This document shows, in pieces, positions 26,469-32,000 of a stretch of DNA of 32,000 bases. Under the pieces are notes generated by a model. It was not told the DNA's origin, ran no database searches, and worked only from the letters and a program-made list of their open reading frames with translations. Made by a program: the position numbers and the translations under genes. Numbering within the stretch: the stretch's first letter is position 1; every line of letters starts with the position of its first letter. The stretch is from Nitrosococcus oceani ATCC 19707 (lineage in GTDB: Bacteria; Pseudomonadota; Gammaproteobacteria; Nitrosococcales; Nitrosococcaceae). Location: positions 2,760,001 through 2,792,000 of the forward strand of contig NC_007484.1 of assembly GCF_000012805.1 (NCBI RefSeq), given 5' to 3'.

Positions 26469-27009
26469 TTACTGGGCGAGGCGGGGAAAATAGTCGGCAA
26501 TATTATTGCCAGTAAAATTGGCGACCCACCTCTCTGGCGTGGTAAAGAAGCGAATGCATGTCAGGCTTGGATTCTCGCCTCTATCAAACCAGTGGGGCAA
26601 ACCCGCGGGCACACTCAGAAAATCCTCTTGCTCTCATATAGTAAGGCATACACCTTGCCCTGAACATGAAGATAAAATTACCCTTTTCCCGCCACAAAGA
26701 AACACGCCTCAAAGTTGCTGTGAGTGTGTTCACTCAGAAATTTTTCCCACGGCGCTTGCTTTTCTGGATGATCGGGCTTAACGCTAATGACATCTACCGA
26801 CTTAAATCCATATTCTTGGCAGAGCTGGTCCACAGAAACCCGATAGGCCGACAGAATTTCCTCTTGGGGAGCCCCGACGATAAAGGCTTTTGCGCTTCCC
26901 ATCGTTGAAAACGCACTCCAATTCCCTCCATAATTCCCTCCATGAATTATGATTTCTTTGCCCACCAAGCCAAAGGACAAAATCCCCTCTCCATCCACCA
27001 GGAGTACAT
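26469..27009 (-). pseudogene. mtnD: acireductone dioxygenase (MtnD/ARD) pseudogene: at least 3 frameshifts and one in-frame TAA
   Basis: Pieces in different frames: GIGVRFQRWEAQKPL / APQEEILSAYRVSVDQLCQEYGFKSVDVISVKPDHPEKQAPWEKFLSEHTHSNFEACFFVAGKG-TAA-FYLHVQGKVYALLYESKR / DFLSVPAGLPHWFDRGENPSLTCIRFFTTPERWVANFTGNNIADYFPRLAQ*. The stop lies 3 nt before the mtnC ATG. Confidence 0.75.
26920..26943. repeat. perfect 12-bp tandem duplication inside the mtnD pseudogene
   Basis: aattccctccat (26920-26931) is immediately repeated at 26932-26943. Confidence 0.9.
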
Positions 27010-27029
27010 CGGAATACCCTAAAAGGGCT

Positions 27030-27344
27030 TTACCTCCCCCCGTCTGGACGACGAAAATCTATCTCTGGGGTAAAAAAATCAGACTGTCGGGATAAGGCTG
27101 AGGTAATGGCTTGCCATTCCTCCAGAAGGCCCCCATACACCTCATTACTTTCCGCTTCATCTTGAGCTTCTGGATGTTCTGCGAGCAGCTGCAAATGATG
27201 CACAATCGCACGGGCGATATGCGGGCAGGGACGGGTCATAAATCGAGTCATCAAATAGCAGATCGTGGCTTCCAATCCATAAAAAGCAACCTGGGGATGG
27301 ATTGCCTTTTTCAAGGGCATCTCATCAGGCATTGGGTTAAACAT
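27030..27344 (-). CDS. hypothetical 104-aa protein, intact, immediately upstream of decayed mtnD
   Basis: A strong AAGGAGA RBS lies 6 nt before the ATG. MFNPMPDEMPLKKAIHPQVAFYGLEATICYLMTRFMTRPCPHIARAIVHHLQLLAEHPEAQDEAESNEVYGGLLEEWQ... No family recognised. Confidence 0.55.
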   Translation of the reverse strand: MFNPMPDEMPLKKAIHPQVAFYGLEATICYLMTRFMTRPCPHIARAIVHHLQLLAEHPEAQDEAESNEVYGGLLEEWQAITSALSRQSDFFTPEIDFRRPDGGR

Positions 27345-27564
27345 ATTTGCTCTCCTTAGGCACTGCCTTTTGGTCTGATTAATGATAGTTAATATATACT
27401 ATAATGCAAATATTAATAATAATAATTACCAATATTGATTGCCAAAAACACATTTCTCCATCATGGAGTTCTACCCGTTATAATAGGCGTTTTTGAAACC
27501 GCCATGACTGTTTCTTAGGAGTCATGGTGAGATGGGTTTTTAAAATCCGGAAAGGAAATCGATC

Positions 27565-28284
27565 ATGAGACCAAGCGGCCGCGCTCCACACGAATTACGT
27601 CCTATCCACTTTACCCGCCACTACACTCGCTATGCCGAAGGTTCAGTATTGGTGGAATTTGGCAATACCCGAGTCATCTGTAACGCTTCGGTCGAAGATC
27701 GGATTCCCCGATTTCTAAAAGGCACGGGGCGAGGCTGGATTACCGCTGAATATGGAATGCTACCCCGCTCCACCCATAACCGGATGGGGCGGGAAGCGGC
27801 CCAAGGGCGCCAAGGAGGGCGTACCCTAGAAATCCAGCGCTTTATTGGGCGCGCTTTGCGGGCAGTGGTGGATCTGGCTGCCCTGGGCGAGGTCACTGTT
27901 ACCCTCGACTGCGATGTCATTCAGGCAGATGGCGGCACCCGGACCGCCGCCATCACAGGCAGCTATGTAGCTCTGGTAGATGCGATCAACAACCGCCTTA
28001 AAAAAAGGATCATTACCCATAGCCCTATTCATGGCCAGCTCGCATCGATATCAGTAGGTATTTACGAAGGAACACCCGTGCTAGATCTGGATTACCGGGA
28101 AGATTCCACCGCAGAAACCGACATGAATGTGGTCATGAATGAAGCAGGAGCATTTATTGAAATACAGGGAACCGCTGAAGGCCATGCTTTTCGGATGAAT
28201 GAATTACAAGCCATGCTGGATTTAGCGAAAAGCGGTATTAATACTTTGCTTGCTCAACAGACGGAAGTCTTGGCCAAGAATTAA
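27565..28284 (+). CDS. rph: ribonuclease PH
   Basis: 239 aa. [76 protein letters not shown]. Confidence 0.95.
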
Positions 28285-28288
28285 AGTC

Positions 28289-28891
28289 ATGACCTCATCA
28301 AAAATCGTTTTGGCCAGTCATAATCAAGGTAAGTTACGGGAAATGAGCGAGATTTTAAATGAGCTTAGGATAGAGGTCATCTCCCAGTCTGCATTCGGTG
28401 TGCCTGATGCTATGGAAACCGGTCTTAGTTTTGTCGAAAATGCCCTTCTTAAGGCACGCAATGCGGCCCAACATACCGGATTTGCGGCCATTGCTGACGA
28501 CTCTGGCCTGGAAGTAGATGCCCTCGGTGGGCAACCAGGAATCCATTCGGCCCGCTACGCGGGTCCGAAGGCCACCGATCAAGAAAATCTGGAAAAACTA
28601 CTAGAAAGCCTGAAAGAAGCGCCAGAACAGCAATTCCGTGCCCGTTATCAGTGCGTCATCGTTCATATGCACCACTGGCGAGACCCCACGCCGCTCATCT
28701 GCCAAGGAACATGGGAAGGAGAGATTCTTCTCGTTCCCCAGGGCAATGGCGGGTTTGGGTATGACCCGATTTTTTATCTGCCAGAACACCACTGTACCGT
28801 GGCGGAGCTGCCGCCTGCGGAAAAGAATCGCCTAAGCCACCGGGGCAAAGCCTTAAGAGCCCTCCTCAACCTTCTCCGTGAGGAAGGTTAA
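28289..28891 (+). CDS. rdgB: XTP/dITP diphosphatase RdgB (HAM1 family)
   Basis: MTSSKIVLASHNQGKLREM..., FVENALLKARNAA, ADDSGLEVDALGGQPGIHSARY, GFGYDPIF. The ATG at 28289 lies 5 nt after the rph stop; the track ORF start at 28250 overlaps rph. Confidence 0.9.
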   Translation: MTSSKIVLASHNQGKLREMSEILNELRIEVISQSAFGVPDAMETGLSFVENALLKARNAAQHTGFAAIADDSGLEVDALGGQPGIHSARYAGPKATDQENLEKLLESLKEAPEQQFRARYQCVIVHMHHWRDPTPLICQGTWEGEILLVPQGNGGFGYDPIFYLPEHHCTVAELPPAEKNRLSHRGKALRALLNLLREEG

Positions 28892-28949
28892 GCGGCTAAG
28901 CGCAACCACTCACTTTCTTCACTACTGCCTAAAGCAAACCCGTCTAACC

Positions 28950-30107
28950 ATGTTTCAATTCCATGCTTTACCTCCGCTTGCGCTGTATATCCATTTTCCC
29001 TGGTGTGTCCGCAAGTGTCCCTACTGCGATTTTAACTCCCATTCCTTGCCAGAAAAATTTCCGGAAACCGCCTATATCGACGCTCTAGTTCGGGATCTGG
29101 AACAGGATTTGCCTAGAGTCTGGGGCCGTCGCATCCACAGTATCTTTATGGGCGGCGGAACACCTAGCCTTTTTTCTGCGGAAAGCCTCGATCGGCTACT
29201 CTCCGCTATACGCGCCCGCCTCCCTTGGTCCCCCCAAATAGAGATTACTCTGGAAGCCAACCCTGGAACTGTAGAACAGGGGCGTTTCACCGAATTCCAT
29301 CATATCGGCATCAACCGCCTCTCCCTGGGTGTCCAAAGTTTTAACGATGAAGCGCTTAAGCACCTGGGACGAATCCACTCTTCCCAGGAATCCTGTCAAG
29401 CGATAGCAGCGGCCCATACCGCCGGGTTTAATAATATTAACTTGGATCTTATGTTCGGCCTTCCTGGGCAAACTGAAACCCAGGCCCTTGCTGATGTGGC
29501 CATGGCCATTAGTCTCGCCCCCCACCATATTTCCTATTATCAGCTTACCCTTGAGCCTAATACCTACTTTTATCGCTATCCTCCATCCCTGCCCCATGAA
29601 GAAGCAATTAATAGCTGGCAAACAGATTGCCAAGTCCGCTTAGCCCAGGCGGGATATCACCGCTATGAGGTGTCTGCTTTTGCCAAAAGCGATCGGCAAT
29701 GCCAGCATAACTTGAATTATTGGCGATTTGGGGATTACCTTGGGATCGGTGCTGGTGCCCATGGAAAAATTTCCGATGCCATGGAAAACCACATTACTCG
29801 AATATGGAAAATAAAACATCCTACAAGCTACCTAGCCAAAGCAGGCACCCCGGAAGGCATAGGAGGAGAAACGAATCCCTCTCCCCAAGAGGCGGCCTTC
29901 GAATTTATGCTTAATGCCCTGCGCTTAAATGGAGGGATTCCCAGTCGTCTATTTCAAGAACGGGTGGGCCTTCCTATTAGTGTAGTGGAAAAAACATTAC
30001 ATCAAGCAGAGGCGTTGAAGCTGATAGAGTGGGATTTTCGGCATATCCGCCCGACGGAAAAAGGCTTCTCTTTGCTCAACGAGCTATTACAACTGTTTCT
30101 ACCATAA
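28950..30107 (+). CDS. hemW: radical SAM heme chaperone HemW (HemN-like, oxygen-independent coproporphyrinogen oxidase family)
   Basis: LYIHFPWCVRKCPYCDFNS (CxxxCxxC radical-SAM cluster), GGGTPS, HISYYQLTLEPNT. The rdgB-hemW pairing matches E. coli yggV-yggW. Start taken at M25 of the track ORF. Confidence 0.9.
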   Translation: MFQFHALPPLALYIHFPWCVRKCPYCDFNSHSLPEKFPETAYIDALVRDLEQDLPRVWGRRIHSIFMGGGTPSLFSAESLDRLLSAIRARLPWSPQIEITLEANPGTVEQGRFTEFHHIGINRLSLGVQSFNDEALKHLGRIHSSQESCQAIAAAHTAGFNNINLDLMFGLPGQTETQALADVAMAISLAPHHISYYQLTLEPNTYFYRYPPSLPHEEAINSWQTDCQVRLAQAGYHRYEVSAFAKSDRQCQHNLNYWRFGDYLGIGAGAHGKISDAMENHITRIWKIKHPTSYLAKAGTPEGIGGETNPSPQEAAFEFMLNALRLNGGIPSRLFQERVGLPISVVEKTLHQAEALKLIEWDFRHIRPTEKGFSLLNELLQLFLP

Positions 30108-30114
30108 GATACGC

Positions 30115-30741
30115 TTAGTCGTCTCCATTCTGCAAAAAACGAGTTAGATGGATCAGCTCCACCAGATTTCTGGCCGCCAGTTTCTCCATCACCCGGGAGC
30201 GATGGATCTCAACGGTTTTAGTACTGATTCCCAGCTCCATGGCCACCACTTTATTCGCTTTCCCCATCACGATAAGATCCATTACCTGGCGCTCGCGAGC
30301 GGTCAACTGGGTCATCCGATGAGCAATCTTCTCTCGCTGTTGCCTCCTTTCACGCTTCCTTCTATCCATATCAAGGCTGCTTTGAATTCGCTCTATCAGG
30401 ATCTGATTATCGAAAGGTTTCACAAGAAAATCGACCGCCCCATCATGCAATGCACTCACCGCATCCGGTACACTCCCATGGGCGGAAATAAAAATAATGG
30501 GCAATAGGTTATTTTTTTTAGAAAGTAATTTCTGCAGCTGTAATCCGCTTATTTCAGGCATCCTGACATCAAGCACCAGGCAACCTGGCTGGCTGGGCTC
30601 CCATTTCTCCAAAAACTCCCCTGCCGAAGCATAAACTTTGACCTTAAACCCTGCTGATTCGATAACCCAGCGCAGAGAATCTCGCACCCCCTCATCATCA
30701 TCATCAACAAATACAGTTGCTTGAGGAACTCCTTTCTCCAT
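30115..30741 (-). CDS. FixJ/NarL (LuxR-type HTH) family response regulator; no adjacent histidine kinase
   Basis: 208 aa. Receiver domain (VFVDDDDEGV, LVLDVRMPEISG, SAHGSVP, KP) followed by LTARERQVMDLIVMGKANKVVAMELGISTKTVEIHRSRVMEKL. Confidence 0.85.
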   Translation of the reverse strand: MEKGVPQATVFVDDDDEGVRDSLRWVIESAGFKVKVYASAGEFLEKWEPSQPGCLVLDVRMPEISGLQLQKLLSKKNNLLPIIFISAHGSVPDAVSALHDGAVDFLVKPFDNQILIERIQSSLDMDRRKRERRQQREKIAHRMTQLTARERQVMDLIVMGKANKVVAMELGISTKTVEIHRSRVMEKLAARNLVELIHLTRFLQNGDD

Positions 30742-30882
30742 AATATTTTAACTGCCTAGTGGATGGCTAACGATCCCAAATGGGCAGGTAGGCAATCCAA
30801 TGGTTAGCTCAGACCCCGCGCTTTCTTATTTTTATTTTAATTCTCTGTACTGCATTCAGCTTTTTTACTAGCTAAGCGTAGC

Positions 30883-30922
30883 GCCAACCAGGTGATAATT
30901 AGCAGCTTATCGCCTGGTTGGC
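30883..30922. promoter_or_regulatory. 16-bp-arm inverted repeat in the divergent response-regulator / DASS transporter intergenic region
   Basis: gccaaccaggtgataa, ttagcagc, ttatcgcctggttggc (15/16 complementary). A further cgataagct at 30943-30951 is complementary to agcttatcg at 30904-30912. Confidence 0.4.
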
Positions 30923-31076
30923 AACAGGATTCACCAAAACCGACGATAAGCTAAATATTATTCTCTGAATATAGGAGGACAATATTCGGGCAAAAAGATA
31001 CACTTAGTCAAGGCTATCGCCCATCAATGGGCACTAGCTAAAAGAACTAGGATAAAAAAAATAGTGCCTGGATCGA

Positions 31077-32000
31077 ATGCCTGAAACTGCCACTACCCCC
31101 CTTGCCCATCGCCGCCAATACCTTGGATTTATCCTTGGTCCCTTAGTGATGATTTCTCTCCTAACGCTATCGCCCCCCACCGGCCTGGATATTGCCGCTT
31201 GGCAAACCGCCGCCATTACTTTGCTAATGGCTATCTGGTGGATTACAGAAGCCTTACCCATTCCCGTTACCGCCCTCCTGCCTCTGGTTCTTTTTCCTCT
31301 GCTCGGCATTGCCGATATCCAAGAAACGGCAATTCCTTATGCCAATCCACTTATCTTTTTGTTTATGGGAGGTTTCATCATTGCATTAGCAATAGAGCGC
31401 TGCGGCCTGCATCGGCGTCTTGCTTATTGTATTCTCAGCTGTATGGGGATCTCACCTGCAGCTACCCTGGGCGGCTTCATGGTTGTCAGCGCTTTTCTCA
31501 GTCTCTGGATTAGCAATACCGCCACCACCATGCTCATGCTGCCCATCGCCTGCTCCGTGATCGAAGGACTTCGAGGCACGAAAGCGGCTGCCCCCCTATC
31601 TTCTCCCTTTGCAGTAGCCCTGCTGCTAGGCATTGCCTACAGCGCCAGCATAGGAGGCTTGGGAACGCTGGTAGGGACGGTGCCGAACGCGTTACTAGCA
31701 GGCTTTGTCTTGGAAACCTACGGCTTTGAATTAGGGTTTGCAGAATGGATGCTGCTCGCCGCACCTTTTTTGTTGGTTCTCCTCGTCTTTGCCTGGTTCA
31801 TGCTTACCCAAGTCGTATTTTCTGGTTTTCACAGGGAACATGGCGACCAGCGGGTCCCGATGCGCCAAGCTCTAAGGCAGCTTGGTCCTGTATCTCGGGC
31901 TGAACGAAGAGTCACCATGGTTTTTGCCTTAGTCGCTATACTTTGGTTGCTACGCCCCCTAATAGCAACCCTCGCACCTAACGTGGCTCTTAATGATCCA
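31077..32000 (+). CDS. DASS/SLC13-family anion:sodium symporter; 3' end outside the window (absent from the ORF track because no stop is reached)
   Basis: Frame 3 is open for 308 codons from the ATG at 31077 to the window end, with in-frame stops just upstream. MPETATTPLAHRRQYLGFILGPLVMISLL...AAITLLMAIWWITEALPIPVTALLPLVLFPLLGI...ISNTATTMLMLPIA...GIAYSASIGGLGTLVGTVPN are typical DASS motifs. All track ORFs from 31034 to 31764 are off-frame or antisense to it. Confidence 0.85.
   Translation, partial: MPETATTPLAHRRQYLGFILGPLVMISLLTLSPPTGLDIAAWQTAAITLLMAIWWITEALPIPVTALLPLVLFPLLGIADIQETAIPYANPLIFLFMGGFIIALAIERCGLHRRLAYCILSCMGISPAATLGGFMVVSAFLSLWISNTATTMLMLPIACSVIEGLRGTKAAAPLSSPFAVALLLGIAYSASIGGLGTLVGTVPNALLAGFVLETYGFELGFAEWMLLAAPFLLVLLVFAWFMLTQVVFSGFHREHGDQRVPMRQALRQLGPVSRAERRVTMVFALVAILWLLRPLIATLAPNVALNDP

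Noticed and set aside
26457-26908. Plus-strand ORFs 26457..26663, 26506..26781 and 26666..26908
   Set aside because: They are antisense to the mtnD relic, whose minus-strand pieces carry clear ARD motifs. They are shadow frames.
27502-27527. Hairpin ccatgact-N10-agtcatgg upstream of rph as a terminator or attenuator
   Set aside because: The stem is only 8 bp and the T-run is displaced (tgagatgggttttt). There is no upstream co-oriented gene to terminate. It is probably incidental or a minor 5' UTR structure.
31034-31764. Four track ORFs (31034..31309 -, 31199..31513 +, 31424..31633 -, 31534..31764 -)
   Set aside because: All are off-frame or antisense to the 308-codon open frame 3 starting at 31077, which has unmistakable DASS/SLC13 motifs (WWITEALPIPVTALLP).

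Overview
This is a 32-kb chromosomal window that looks gammaproteobacterial, at roughly 50% G+C. A Nitrosococcus/Chromatiales-like source is only a guess from gene order and cannot be verified here. Most of it is intact housekeeping: wrbA, nudE-cysQ, zur-znuA-znuC-znuB, clpS-clpA, grxD, sodB, argD-argF, amgK-murU, tRNA-Val(CAC), an M23 peptidase, yidD, rph-rdgB-hemW, an orphan FixJ/LuxR-type response regulator, and a DASS/SLC13 transporter. The transporter runs off the right edge and is absent from the ORF track.

Several signs of genome plasticity lie between these genes:
- A GC-richer left block (1-3240) carries YgiD-like, WrbA, a frameshifted DUF5996 gene and a Tat-signal intradiol-dioxygenase-like gene. 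It ends near a 134-bp inverted-repeat element.
- A tandem segmental duplication covers [Pho-box-like motif + OprO/P-type porin + 3' end of cysQ]. Both porins are intact and the extra cysQ piece is decayed.
- An 84-bp degraded copy of the znuB 5' end sits just downstream of znuB.
- An AT-rich accessory stretch follows tRNA-Val. It holds a candidate tail-anchored miniprotein, a TPR protein, the frameshifted stump of an AAA/ABC-type ATPase of the kind seen in defence modules, and an exported hypothetical protein.
- An HPF/RaiA-type domain is fused to a cold-shock-like OB domain, behind a 600-bp structured, gene-free leader.
- The mtnD-mtnC methionine-salvage pair is heavily pseudogenised, next to an intact unknown 104-aa gene.

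I found no CRISPR array, no intact mobile element and no convincing intact novel multi-gene system. The most system-like candidates are the tRNA-Val accessory stretch and the HPF-CSD locus, and both remain hypotheses.
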